A DNA stretch of 64,000 nt from contig CAYYQL010000004.1 of assembly GCA_964473825.1 (NCBI GenBank), positions 64,001-128,000 of the forward strand, written 5' to 3'. This document shows, piece by piece, positions 30,155 through 39,547 of the stretch (the stretch's first letter is position 1; each line of letters starts with the position of its first letter). Source of the DNA: an uncultured archaeon (GTDB lineage: Archaea > Asgardarchaeota > Thorarchaeia > Thorarchaeales > Thorarchaeaceae). Under the pieces are notes generated by a model that did no database searches, had not been told where the DNA came from, and saw only the letters and a program-made list of their open reading frames with translations. Position numbers and translations under genes: made by a program.

Positions 30155-31629
30155 GAAACCCGCGCGGTGACCCAATCAAAGGCACAATCTGCGCAATTAT
30201 GGGCTTCATCGGGCTAGTATACGGTGTGTGGATGCTTCTCAGCCCACTGAATTTGCTCTTTGTTTCATATTTGGGAGTGTTTCCGGGTTTGACCGGTTTC
30301 TTGCTAAACACTATCCTATTCATTCCTTTCGGATATCTCTTGGTTCGAAAATGGCTCCAGACAATGCAGAAGAGAACGAGCGGTCCCGCCGCTGGAATTG
30401 ACGTCCTTGAGCCCGTTGGTGGAGTGCCCGAGAGCGGCGACGAATGGGGCCGGGCAACCAGACCATACACCAAGAAGGCTGCTCCTCAGATTCTTGGCTC
30501 CAAGTCCGAGATACGCGAAGCCCCGCTAGGCATTGATGATGGCTTCTTTGTGAAGATGCCTGATCTTGATACCGGCGAGGCACTCTTTGACGCTGATGAA
30601 CTCAGGTCAAGGGCTATGACTCGCTCAAAGGTGTCCTCAGGCGGCTGGATACGGAAGCGAGCGAGTTCCCGAGGGTCGGGAAGCCTGAAGTCTTCTGAGA
30701 CTGAGAAGCATGGACGGCCACGACGCTCAAAGACTCCTAGGGGAGAGGTTGGCAGTATTGATATTCCCGCAACGGTTGTAGCCGCAGTTTCCCGTATGGG
30801 CAAGAAGAAAGGTGCTCCTCTGGAGATTAAAGCAGAAGACATTCGGGAGAAGTCCTTCACGGGCAGGATACCTCTCACTGTGATCTTGGTCATTGACGTC
30901 AGCATGTCGATGAAAGGCAGTATGATTCAAGTGCGTAGACTCGTGGAACGAATGGAACGAGAGATTCGGGGTTCTCGTGATCGAGTAGGCATCATAGCCT
31001 TCAAGGATAGTGGTGCAGTTGAGGTTCAAGCACCCACGACAAATTGGAACAAGGTGTACGGAGCTCTCTCAAGACTGAGAATATCTGGTCTGACCCCCTT
31101 GGCAGAAGGCCTGATGAGAGCCATGGAGACAATCAAACGGGAACGGATGCGGAACCCTGACATAGAGCCTCTTGTAGTAATCATATCTGATTTTTCTCCC
31201 AATATCCCTCTTGCTCAGTCAGTTGGTCCCGGTCATGCGCGGTACACACCTGTTCGCGATTTGGTGAAGGCAGCTCGCCTTGCTCGGAAAGAGAATATTC
31301 GGTTGGCTGCTGTCAATGCTGATGTGAATCAGAAGAACTGGGTCAAGTTCTTGAAGCGCCGCTATCATGATGCCCTCGAACTGGCTACATTGCTGCGGAT
31401 GAGAAAGGAGGGATACAAGGATCCAGTTGCAACTATTCTTGCAGTTCCCGAGTTCAGGAAGACCTTTGGGGCCTATCTCATTGCACGGATCGCAGGTGGG
31501 CGCTGCTATCTTTCGCAAGAGGTGTTGGCGATGGATTCAGTCATTGGTGAGTTTCTAGAGGGGAGCACCCGGAGGACCCGAATCAGCGAACAGGATTTGA
31601 AACAGGTTGATGCCTACCTCCCGGAGTAA
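30151..31629 (+). CDS. ChlD-like vWA domain protein with two N-terminal TM helices
   Basis: IDIPATV, DIREK, VIDVSMSM (MIDAS), GLTPLAEGL, IISD; hydrophobic residues about 12-65. Confidence 0.85.
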   Translation: MRNPRGDPIKGTICAIMGFIGLVYGVWMLLSPLNLLFVSYLGVFPGLTGFLLNTILFIPFGYLLVRKWLQTMQKRTSGPAAGIDVLEPVGGVPESGDEWGRATRPYTKKAAPQILGSKSEIREAPLGIDDGFFVKMPDLDTGEALFDADELRSRAMTRSKVSSGGWIRKRASSRGSGSLKSSETEKHGRPRRSKTPRGEVGSIDIPATVVAAVSRMGKKKGAPLEIKAEDIREKSFTGRIPLTVILVIDVSMSMKGSMIQVRRLVERMEREIRGSRDRVGIIAFKDSGAVEVQAPTTNWNKVYGALSRLRISGLTPLAEGLMRAMETIKRERMRNPDIEPLVVIISDFSPNIPLAQSVGPGHARYTPVRDLVKAARLARKENIRLAAVNADVNQKNWVKFLKRRYHDALELATLLRMRKEGYKDPVATILAVPEFRKTFGAYLIARIAGGRCYLSQEVLAMDSVIGEFLEGSTRRTRISEQDLKQVDAYLPE

Positions 31630-31808
31630 ATCTTCTGTTCCTTTCTCGATTACATTATTAACGAGAAAGTCAAGGGTTGGAGTGCGCACAGGGCCTGTAT
31701 TGCTCTGATGGCATAGTGAGCATGGAGTGCCCCGCTGGGGTTCAATGAAATCGCTTTTCATACATCATGACACAAGGTCTGTGCGCACCATCTCTGGAGT
31801 GAACAGTC

Positions 31809-32819
31809 ATGAAACCCGGAAAGATACCACCGGAAATCCTGGAGAAACTCGTCTTCACCCATCTTGGACGAACTGATCCTGACCTGCTTCTCGGTCCAGG
31901 AATAGGACAGGATGCCTCAGTTATCAGGATTGGCGAATCGATCATCATTGTATCAACGGATCCGATCACCGGTTCTGTTGAGGATATTGGCTGGCTGGCG
32001 GTGCACATCAACGCCAATGACATTGCTACTTTCGGAGTCAAGCCGCGTTGGTTCTTGAATTCGATAATGCTCCCAGTCGGGTGTGGCTCTGAAGAAGTCG
32101 GACGCATCATGGAACAGATTGATCAGGCAGCAAGAGACCTTGAGATATCTGTTGCCGGGGGCCATACCGAAGTAACTGAAGGAATAGATCGGCCAATCAT
32201 TGCAGGTTTCATGATTGGCATTGCGAACAGTGGAAACTACGTTACGTCGGCTGGGGCAAGACCAGGAGATGTGATTCTGATGACAAAGATGGTTGCTATC
32301 GAGGGCACCGCAATCATCTGTACTGAGGGCGAACGATACCTGAAGGAGCATTTGGGTGTCGATTTGGTGAACGAAGGGAAGGAGTTGAGGGCCCATCTCA
32401 GCGTGGTGAAAGATGGTCTTGTCGCATTCTCCAGTGGCCATCTAACTGCAATGCATGATCCCACAGAGGGCGGACTGGCAGGAGGAATCCATGAGATCTG
32501 CGATGCCAGTGGAGTTGGTTTCGAAATCATTGAGGGGAATTTGACCGTTCATAGGTCCACATTGGCTGTATGTGATTTACTTGAAATCGACCCGCTGCAA
32601 CTCATCAGTAGCGGATGCATGGTTATGACCTGTCCTTCAGATCATGCCCAAGAGGTCCTTGATGCCCTCAGTGCTTCAGGAATCAAGTCTACTATGATCG
32701 GGCGGATTCTGTCTGACGCGTCACAACGGAATATTACGAGGTCCGATCAAACCCGGGAACTCCCTCGACCGGAGTCGGATGCTCTCTGGGAAGCCCTTCA
32801 GATGGTCAAGTCCGCATGA
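31809..32819 (+). CDS. AIR synthase-related (HypE-like) protein
   Basis: GIGQDA, STDPITG, NANDI, GGHTE, MHDPTEGGL, LISSG. Confidence 0.9.
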   Translation: MKPGKIPPEILEKLVFTHLGRTDPDLLLGPGIGQDASVIRIGESIIIVSTDPITGSVEDIGWLAVHINANDIATFGVKPRWFLNSIMLPVGCGSEEVGRIMEQIDQAARDLEISVAGGHTEVTEGIDRPIIAGFMIGIANSGNYVTSAGARPGDVILMTKMVAIEGTAIICTEGERYLKEHLGVDLVNEGKELRAHLSVVKDGLVAFSSGHLTAMHDPTEGGLAGGIHEICDASGVGFEIIEGNLTVHRSTLAVCDLLEIDPLQLISSGCMVMTCPSDHAQEVLDALSASGIKSTMIGRILSDASQRNITRSDQTRELPRPESDALWEALQMVKSA

Positions 32820-33591
32820 AGTCGCGAATCCTCTCTACCATCTCTTCGTCCGTTCCGTCTATTGTTATCGGTGACAGTGAAACATTGAAGTTCTTCAGGA
32901 TAGCGTGAACGTCAGTTCCCTCGGGTGCATCAACTTCTATTCCCTTGAGCCAGTAGTAGGTTCTACCATGCGGGTCTTGGCGTTCTACCACTTCGTTTGC
33001 TAATCTGACTCGAGTTGGTTTCGTTACCTCTATCTCGATATTCTCTCTGAGTTTACAAGGGAAGTTCAGGTTAAGGATGTCAACGTCGGATGGCAGTCCT
33101 CTCTCCAGGATCCGCTCTATAATGTCAAGCGATATCTCGCACACTCTGTCGTAGTCGCGACTGCTTCCTGAATTATTGAACCACTCATCTGGTCGAGCCT
33201 CGATAGAGATTGCCAATGCGGGGAATCCTTTCAGAGCTGCCTCAAAAGCTGCTCCAACGGTTCCACTTGTTAGCATACTCTGATATCCTACGTTAGCTCC
33301 CGCATTTATTCCGGAAACAAACAAGTCGATATCGTCGACAAAACGCGAAGCGATTACTACTGAATCTGCTGGTGTGCCATCATGAGTGACTCTTCTATAA
33401 CCACCTGCAGAACCATGATCATTCACACGCAGAGGCCTGTTCAAGGTCAGTGCCTTTCCTGTTGCACTTCTCTGACCATCTGGGACAACCACAGTAAGGT
33501 TGTAAGACTTGCTGATAGATTGTGCAAGCTTCATGAGCCCCTCGCTGTGCGGTCCATCATCGTTGGTCAGACATATGTGATACACGTTCAT
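32806..33591 (-). CDS. surE: 5'/3'-nucleotidase SurE
   Basis: LTNDDG, GTPADSV, SGINAGAN, SGTVGAA. Confidence 0.95.
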   Translation of the reverse strand: MNVYHICLTNDDGPHSEGLMKLAQSISKSYNLTVVVPDGQRSATGKALTLNRPLRVNDHGSAGGYRRVTHDGTPADSVVIASRFVDDIDLFVSGINAGANVGYQSMLTSGTVGAAFEAALKGFPALAISIEARPDEWFNNSGSSRDYDRVCEISLDIIERILERGLPSDVDILNLNFPCKLRENIEIEVTKPTRVRLANEVVERQDPHGRTYYWLKGIEVDAPEGTDVHAILKNFNVSLSPITIDGTDEEMVERIRDFMRT

Positions 33592-33649
33592 TGAACCTCG
33601 TTCTTGTAATACTCTGGTGCATCATCGGTTTCCTGATAAGAATGACGAT

Positions 33650-33705
33650 GCGGAAAAAAATGAAGGGTTGGAAGCGTGTCGCTCCCAGTCCCGCAGGCGA
33701 GACCG
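33650..33705 (-). terminator. Terminator of histone gene
   Basis: GC-rich segment followed by T7 on the minus strand (a7 at 33654-33660). Confidence 0.5.
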
Positions 33706-33708
33706 CCA

Positions 33709-33879
33709 CTACAAGTCGTAGGGTTTCAAGGTCTTTCGCTTGTTTGCAGTTGTTCTCTTGGCCGCTGCCCTGATGAGATTCTGTACTTCCTTATCAAGGG
33801 CATCGTAGAAGTCAGAAGCGACCATAAGGCCGTGTTTCTTAGCGAATTCTTGTACTTTACTCTTTACTATGAGACTCAT
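33709..33879 (-). CDS. Small histone-fold protein (alpha3-truncated, DUF1931/Bd0055-like), 56 aa; absent from the ORF track
   Basis: Translated by hand: MSLIVKSKVQEFAKKHGLMVASDFYDALDKEVQNLIRAAAKRTTANKRKTLKPYDL; RKT-x4-D signature; GGAGTGAGGT SD. Confidence 0.9.
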   Translation of the reverse strand: MSLIVKSKVQEFAKKHGLMVASDFYDALDKEVQNLIRAAAKRTTANKRKTLKPYDL

Positions 33880-33928
33880 CTCATTACCTCACTCCAAATT
33901 AATGGCAAACTACTGTTTCTAGTTGGTC

Positions 33929-33942
33929 GCTTATAAGGGTTG
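33929..33942 (-). promoter_or_regulatory. TATA box of histone gene
   Basis: ttataa at 33931-33936, about 50 nt upstream of the ATG. Confidence 0.55.
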
Positions 33943-34014
33943 TCAGAAAACGGGCCTGAAACCGCCATTTTAGCCAACAATTCGGGGATTTTTGCCTAAA
34001 AGGGATGCATATTT

Positions 34015-35106
34015 TCAGGAAATCTCAGTGATAAGCGCCTCGACGATTCTCTCTGAGGCATCACCTGATCCATACGGGCACTCCCGCTGCCCCTCAATCC
34101 CACCCTTCAACTCATGACGAATGGCATCTGGAAACTCGTTCGCGTCGGTGCCAACCACAGTTGAATGTCCTGATTCCACAGCCTCGGGGCGTTCAGTCGA
34201 ATTTCTAAGGACAAACACCTTCTTGTTCAGTGAAGGCGCAGTAACCTCCTCTTGAATCCCTCCCGAATCTGTGATCACGAATCTGCAGGCATCGAGCAGT
34301 GTCAAGAACTCCAGATAACCTACTGGTTGGATGACTTTGATTGAGGAGTCCAAAATTGCATCCATCAAGTTGAATTCTTTCAGACGAGAAACCGTGCGAG
34401 GGTGTGCTGGAAATAGGATATTCCAGTCCAATTCCCGCAGTCCATCTACAAGGCCCTTGAGGGTCATCTTGTGGTCTACATTCTCAGCTCGGTGGAGAGT
34501 CAGCAGGACAAAGTCATCCAGTCGCATATCGTCTATGATGGTCGACTTTGTGCGAGCTATCGGCAACCGCTGTTCTAGTGCATCAATGACCGTATTGCCC
34601 GTTACCAATATCTTCCCCCAGACATTCTCTTCTTGGAGTGTTCTTGCAGCATTCTTAGTGGGGGCAAAAAGATAGTCCGAGGCATGGTCAGTAAGCCGTC
34701 GGTTATATTCCTCGGGCATACGTCTGTCGTAGCTTCTGAGACCTGCCTCCACATGACCAACAGGTACTCCAACTTTCACGGCCGCCAGAGTAGCGCTCAA
34801 TACCGCGTTTGTATCTCCTTGAACCAGTACAACGTCGGGGCCCTCCTTGAGGATTGCTTCTTCAATTCCAACAAGGGCCTTTGCTGTTTGTTGTGAATGA
34901 GTACCTGAGCCGATCTGTAGATTGAGATCGGGTTCCCTGAGGCCCATATCTTCGAAGAATGATTGGCTCATGAACTCCGAATAGTGCTGACCTGTGTGAA
35001 GCAAGTAGTAGTCAATGCCCCGTCTTTCAAGCTCTCTTGCGATGGGAGCCATCTTCACTATCTCCGGACGTGTGCCTATTACGACGAGGGGCTGCAATGG
35101 AAACAC
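34015..35106 (-). CDS. wecB: UDP-N-acetylglucosamine 2-epimerase (non-hydrolysing)
   Basis: GTRPE, HTGQHY, QGDT, HVEAGLRS, PEEYNR, TDSGGIQEE, TERPE. Confidence 0.95.
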   Translation of the reverse strand: MFPLQPLVVIGTRPEIVKMAPIARELERRGIDYYLLHTGQHYSEFMSQSFFEDMGLREPDLNLQIGSGTHSQQTAKALVGIEEAILKEGPDVVLVQGDTNAVLSATLAAVKVGVPVGHVEAGLRSYDRRMPEEYNRRLTDHASDYLFAPTKNAARTLQEENVWGKILVTGNTVIDALEQRLPIARTKSTIIDDMRLDDFVLLTLHRAENVDHKMTLKGLVDGLRELDWNILFPAHPRTVSRLKEFNLMDAILDSSIKVIQPVGYLEFLTLLDACRFVITDSGGIQEEVTAPSLNKKVFVLRNSTERPEAVESGHSTVVGTDANEFPDAIRHELKGGIEGQRECPYGSGDASERIVEALITEIS

Positions 35107-35217
35107 TGAGAGAGTTGTTTTACACCCTTCTCTTAAAGGTGTCTAGGCAGGAACAAGACCTTTAAGACTGTGGATGGACTCTAACAGGGCCAATAGACCT
35201 TGAGGTGAGGACGCGAA

Positions 35218-35997
35218 TTGAGATACGCTCGTGGGATATTCATCGGATCTCTGTTACCTGGGATTATCTTGGCCGGAGCTACGTTCATCAAACTGGCCGG
35301 GTATGGAGTGACCAATCAAGTGGCACTGGAAACACTGTGGAGTATCTTTCAAGTATGGATTGTTATTTCCATTGCTGTGCTTGTTATTCCTCTTGCCGTG
35401 GCCTATGCCAAGTATCGAGAGATGTTTCGGGAGCTACTGCTCTTCGAAATTGGGGGTCTAGCCTTTTTTGCGCCGCTATGGTTTGCGCTTTTTACTGACC
35501 TTTCAGGTGACTCTTGGGTCACAGTCCTTCGTAATGGAATTGATGATGGTCTTGTATTTCTTGCTAGTGATGGTTCTCTGATTGGTGTTGACATTGGTCC
35601 TGTAATTCTGATTCCCTCCCTTGTCGTGTCAATGGTTGTCGGTGCCATACTATTTCGTCCCTCATTCATCGAACAAAACTCAGGTTCTACAGGCTCAGCA
35701 AGAACTCCGAAGGAACCCGCCAAACCGGTATCAGCGGCATCTCCAGCAACCGAGATGCCTGAAGTCGGGCGACCTGTGCCTGATGAGAACACCATAGCTG
35801 AGCTAAGAAATCTTCTGCAGACTCTATCGGTGGCCCCTACAGCTATCGAGGCGATTATCGACTCGGATATAAAGACCGTCACCGATTTGGTCGCAACTAG
35901 TGCGAAACAAATCGCGGACATCACCGGGATGAATATTCAAGTCGCTCGTGACTTACAAGTCGCGATTCAGAAATATGTGTGGTACGGAGGAATCTAA
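35218..35997 (+). CDS. Membrane protein with C-terminal helix-hairpin-helix-like domain
   Basis: About 4 TM segments, Pro-rich linker, IKTVTDLVATSAKQIADITGM (RadA/NusA-type HhH). Confidence 0.7.
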   Translation: MRYARGIFIGSLLPGIILAGATFIKLAGYGVTNQVALETLWSIFQVWIVISIAVLVIPLAVAYAKYREMFRELLLFEIGGLAFFAPLWFALFTDLSGDSWVTVLRNGIDDGLVFLASDGSLIGVDIGPVILIPSLVVSMVVGAILFRPSFIEQNSGSTGSARTPKEPAKPVSAASPATEMPEVGRPVPDENTIAELRNLLQTLSVAPTAIEAIIDSDIKTVTDLVATSAKQIADITGMNIQVARDLQVAIQKYVWYGGI

Positions 35998-36007
35998 TAC
36001 TCTCTCA

Positions 36008-36748
36008 CTATTCGAGAGAGACTAGGGCATCAAGAGCTATCTGGGTCATCTGATCTACCGGCGGCTTTCCTGAGATTGCAGCCTCCTCTCCGACAGGTTC
36101 TCCAATTATGATGCATATGGTTCCCACTCTCACACCCCGAAGGTGACCAATGACGAAGAGCGTTGCCGCCTCCATCTCTGTTGCTAGAACATTGGCTCTT
36201 CTGAGGGCATCCCATCTGGTTTTCGTTTCTTCAGGATGCACAACATGATCAGGATACTCACTATAGAACGCATCCTTACTATGACCGATGCCTACTCGAT
36301 AATCTGCTCCTCTGGATTCTGCTGCGTCAATGAGCGCACGAACCACTTCAAAATCTGCCAGAGCCGGAAACTCGATTGGCACGTACTGCTTGGATGTACC
36401 ATCGTCTCTCACGGAGCCACTGAAGACCACTAAGTCACCTGCACGCAAAGAGGAGTCAAGAGCTCCTGAGGTTCCCACGCGAATGAATGTGTCGCAGCCA
36501 ACCTTGACGAGCTCCTCAATCGCGATTGCCGCTGAAGGACACCCGATTCCTGTGGAGCACACTGCCACTTGGTGTCCTTCGTAATCTCCTTTGAAACTCC
36601 AGTATTCTCTGTTTCTCGCGATTTCAGATGGATTCTGAAAGAAGTTCTTAGCTATCCATTCAGCTCTCCCGGGATCTCCAGGCAATAGTACCTTCGTAGG
36701 TATCTCTCCCGGTGCAATTCCTATGTGATATTGCTTCTGGTTTCTCAT
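36008..36748 (-). CDS. udp: Uridine/nucleoside phosphorylase
   Basis: LPGDPGRA, STGIGCPS, IRVGTSG, RDDGTS, EMEAA; start MRNQKQYH. Confidence 0.9.
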   Translation of the reverse strand: MRNQKQYHIGIAPGEIPTKVLLPGDPGRAEWIAKNFFQNPSEIARNREYWSFKGDYEGHQVAVCSTGIGCPSAAIAIEELVKVGCDTFIRVGTSGALDSSLRAGDLVVFSGSVRDDGTSKQYVPIEFPALADFEVVRALIDAAESRGADYRVGIGHSKDAFYSEYPDHVVHPEETKTRWDALRRANVLATEMEAATLFVIGHLRGVRVGTICIIIGEPVGEEAAISGKPPVDQMTQIALDALVSLE

Positions 36749-36868
36749 ATGCTCGGTTCCCTGACGAGCCCTTCTCTCAAAGGATATAAAGAGTTCTTCA
36801 GCGTGCCACTTCTCCTTCAGAGATAGCCTTAAAACGGTCTTCAGAAGCTCGACCATCGGTTGTCAAAG

Positions 36869-37093
36869 ATGAGTGACGAAATCACAGAGATTGACCGGGT
36901 CATACTAGAGGTAGTTATCCACGACAGTCATAGGCCCTCCGCGATTACCCGCATTGTCCAGAAACGCGGCATTGATTGTACACAGAACCAGGTGGTCCAG
37001 TCATTGAACAGTCTTGAAGAGAGAGGTCTCGTGGAGAGATATACCTCCAAGGCATGGGTGGGCACTTCTAACGCCGAGGCTTACGTCAAATAG
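36869..37093 (+). CDS. Small winged-helix protein
   Basis: IDRVILE...VVQSLNSLEERGLVER wHTH pattern. Confidence 0.7.
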   Translation: MSDEITEIDRVILEVVIHDSHRPSAITRIVQKRGIDCTQNQVVQSLNSLEERGLVERYTSKAWVGTSNAEAYVK

Positions 37094-37137
37094 GTTTCTC
37101 TGAGCAGATGGAATGGAACGCACAGGTTGGCTTCTTC

Positions 37138-38154
37138 TCAGGCGAATCTTGTAGCAAATGTGTCAACAATGCTATAGGTTAGGTCTGGATTGTCTTCGCA
37201 GAATATTTTAGTTCTGATGGTATTAGAAGTCACTATCCGTCCTTTGCTTTCATCGAATAGGTTCCTAAGAAGCTCCTCCTCTTGGGTCATGAGAGGCAGA
37301 ACATGCACAACGGCCATTCCGACATCATGGGCTCCCTGTTTGTAGAGGCGTTTAGCTGTCTTCAGCAGTGTGCTCCCACTCTTCGTCAGATCGTCAAGCA
37401 CTATGACATTCTTACCTTCGACCGCCAGTTCCCCCCGCAGTTCGATCGTATATGAGTCCTCCCTGCTCTTTCCATATCCATTTACATCGAATCGCTCCTG
37501 CCCTCCCTCGTCAGGCGTCACGACTTTGAATTCGTCAAATCCGAATCTCTTGGCTCCAAACTGTATTAGGTCTTCAGTGATGTCGATTTCTTCGTAGAGA
37601 TCTCGCTGCTCCAAATCCCTCACCCATTTCAGGCTCTCTGTCACATGAGGATTGACTGCCCATACTTTGTTACAGGACCTGGCAATCTGGTCAAGGGCCC
37701 ATCGAGCAGATGCCGCTTCGCCCGTTTCAAAGGCCTTGTCTTGGAGAGCAAAGGGCTGAAAAGTGAGCAAGACCTCGACTTTCGCCGGTGGTGCAACAGG
37801 AGTTTCCTTGTATTCCTTGTGTCCCAGCTTCTCGACTTCGACCGGTTTCTTCAGAATGTCTAAGAGAAGAAGAAGCTCAACAACACGGTCTGATGTGGTG
37901 AAGTATTCAGGTTCAGCCGGTCCTGACCCAGTACAAGACTGAACAACCAAGACTCTTCTATCTGAGAGTTCTCGCACTTCTGCCAATCTTGTGTATATGT
38001 CGGCATTTGGGAAGAATCTCTTGTCATCATAGTTCAGGTCTGAGGTAAAGACCCTATAGCCATGATGCTCGAATCTTGCCTTCAGATGCTCCGCACCGCT
38101 TGCAAGCACAATGTCGTACTTTTTCATCTTAGGCAGCCGGGTCTTGCCGACCAT
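37138..38154 (-). CDS. Divergent ribose-phosphate pyrophosphokinase-like phosphoribosyltransferase
   Basis: FPNADIYTR, VVQS, ELLLLLD, LQDKAF, TPDEGG, VIVLDDLTKSGSTL. Confidence 0.75.
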   Translation of the reverse strand: MVGKTRLPKMKKYDIVLASGAEHLKARFEHHGYRVFTSDLNYDDKRFFPNADIYTRLAEVRELSDRRVLVVQSCTGSGPAEPEYFTTSDRVVELLLLLDILKKPVEVEKLGHKEYKETPVAPPAKVEVLLTFQPFALQDKAFETGEAASARWALDQIARSCNKVWAVNPHVTESLKWVRDLEQRDLYEEIDITEDLIQFGAKRFGFDEFKVVTPDEGGQERFDVNGYGKSREDSYTIELRGELAVEGKNVIVLDDLTKSGSTLLKTAKRLYKQGAHDVGMAVVHVLPLMTQEEELLRNLFDESKGRIVTSNTIRTKIFCEDNPDLTYSIVDTFATRFA

Positions 38155-38179
38155 TTCCCCTTTATGAGACTTGTCGTTT

Positions 38180-38725
38180 TCACTTTATTTTTGGCTCACC
38201 TTGCCCAACATAGCGGCTTCCCTCTCGACTGTCATACTGAACAGACGCCTCGCTGGACAATCGGACGAACATCAGCTGCACAATTCTTTCTCCGGGATAT
38301 AGAAACACAGGGCTCAGATTCTCACAAAAGATCTCAAGGGTCAGCCTACCTGGTTGTTCAACTCCCGTACCAGGGTTAACAAGCCCCGCAGCATGTACGA
38401 TGATGCCAAGACGGGCGATGCTAGATCTTCCCTCAAGAAGACCTGCATACTTGGTAGACACCGATATCACCTCTCTTGTCTGTCCTAGGATGAACTGCCC
38501 GGGAAGTATCATGAAAGGTTCGTTTCCTGTATTGACTATCTTCGTATCTCGCCCAAGACTGCTAGCATCTCGGATATCTACCGCACCTCCCGGTCCGTAA
38601 ACCCGGAACACCGAATCCAGGGTCAAATCGACACTACATGGTCCAACGTTTTCTTTTGTGAATGGGTCAATACTGATTTCGTTCTGTTCAAGCGCACGGA
38701 AGATGTCGCGGTCTGAGAGCATCAT
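38180..38725 (-). CDS. dcd: dCTP deaminase
   Basis: MLSDRDI, PCSVDLTL, EGRSSIARLG, LTLEI, QLMF, Y..Q. Confidence 0.93.
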   Translation of the reverse strand: MMLSDRDIFRALEQNEISIDPFTKENVGPCSVDLTLDSVFRVYGPGGAVDIRDASSLGRDTKIVNTGNEPFMILPGQFILGQTREVISVSTKYAGLLEGRSSIARLGIIVHAAGLVNPGTGVEQPGRLTLEIFCENLSPVFLYPGERIVQLMFVRLSSEASVQYDSREGSRYVGQGEPKIK

Positions 38726-38814
38726 GATTATGTACCTTCTTTCAGGAACTACATATACGTAATGCAACAATCTAAAATGAGTCTAGCGCATACTAACCTT
38801 GCCACCGCAGGTAC

Positions 38815-39540
38815 GTGGGTCTGTTGAGTCTAACCGCGAGAGACCTCCTTCACAGGATTGCAGAAGACATTGGCCTCTCATTTAGAGAACTCGCCGGATT
38901 AGTGAACGATGAGATGGCATCGGGACGGGGGATAATGGATGCTGTTCAGAAGATACTTGTTGAGAACGAGCTTGACCCGAATGACTATAGACTCGACCCA
39001 TCCAAAATAGCCAATCGAATTCTGCACTTGCTAAGAGAGGACTATTCGCAGACACTTATGATATCTGCGGTCTTGGCCCAGCTGGTCGAGTCTCGCGATG
39101 AAGACCGTTTTCCTCCTCCGGCCTTCTTCGTTTTCCTCGAATTATTAAATTCAATTCCAGAAGCAAATCGCACCGGTAACGTGTTTTTGTCCAATGCAAT
39201 CGATGAGAGGACTACTGAGATAATCGAACTTACTACTACCCTCGTGTCTATAATATGCAGCTGGTCTAAGCAGGGAATAACCGGAGTCGCTCGTGAGTGC
39301 CCAGAAGAACTCCGCAATCTTGCGAGAGTCTGTTCTCGGAAGACTCGGCTATATCAGGCCGGCCTGTGGACCTGTTTATCCTGTGGCAAGGTAGTTGATC
39401 TCAAAGAAACACGTGCATTGTTGTGTTCTGAATGTGATGCGAACATGTACGATTACTCGGAAGATGAACAGTTCCGCACATACCATGAACGAGAACGGAC
39501 CGGATATGGCAAGACGAAGAAGGGAACAGAACTGGATTGA
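38815..39540 (+). CDS. Hypothetical protein with C-terminal zinc ribbon
   Basis: WTCLSCG...LCSEC; helical N-terminus. Confidence 0.7.
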   Translation: MGLLSLTARDLLHRIAEDIGLSFRELAGLVNDEMASGRGIMDAVQKILVENELDPNDYRLDPSKIANRILHLLREDYSQTLMISAVLAQLVESRDEDRFPPPAFFVFLELLNSIPEANRTGNVFLSNAIDERTTEIIELTTTLVSIICSWSKQGITGVARECPEELRNLARVCSRKTRLYQAGLWTCLSCGKVVDLKETRALLCSECDANMYDYSEDEQFRTYHERERTGYGKTKKGTELD

Positions 39541-39547
39541 CAACAAA

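Noticed and set aside
31809-32819. Selenophosphate synthetase SelD
   Set aside because: No N-terminal Cys/Sec-x-x-Lys motif; matches the generic AIR-synthase-related family
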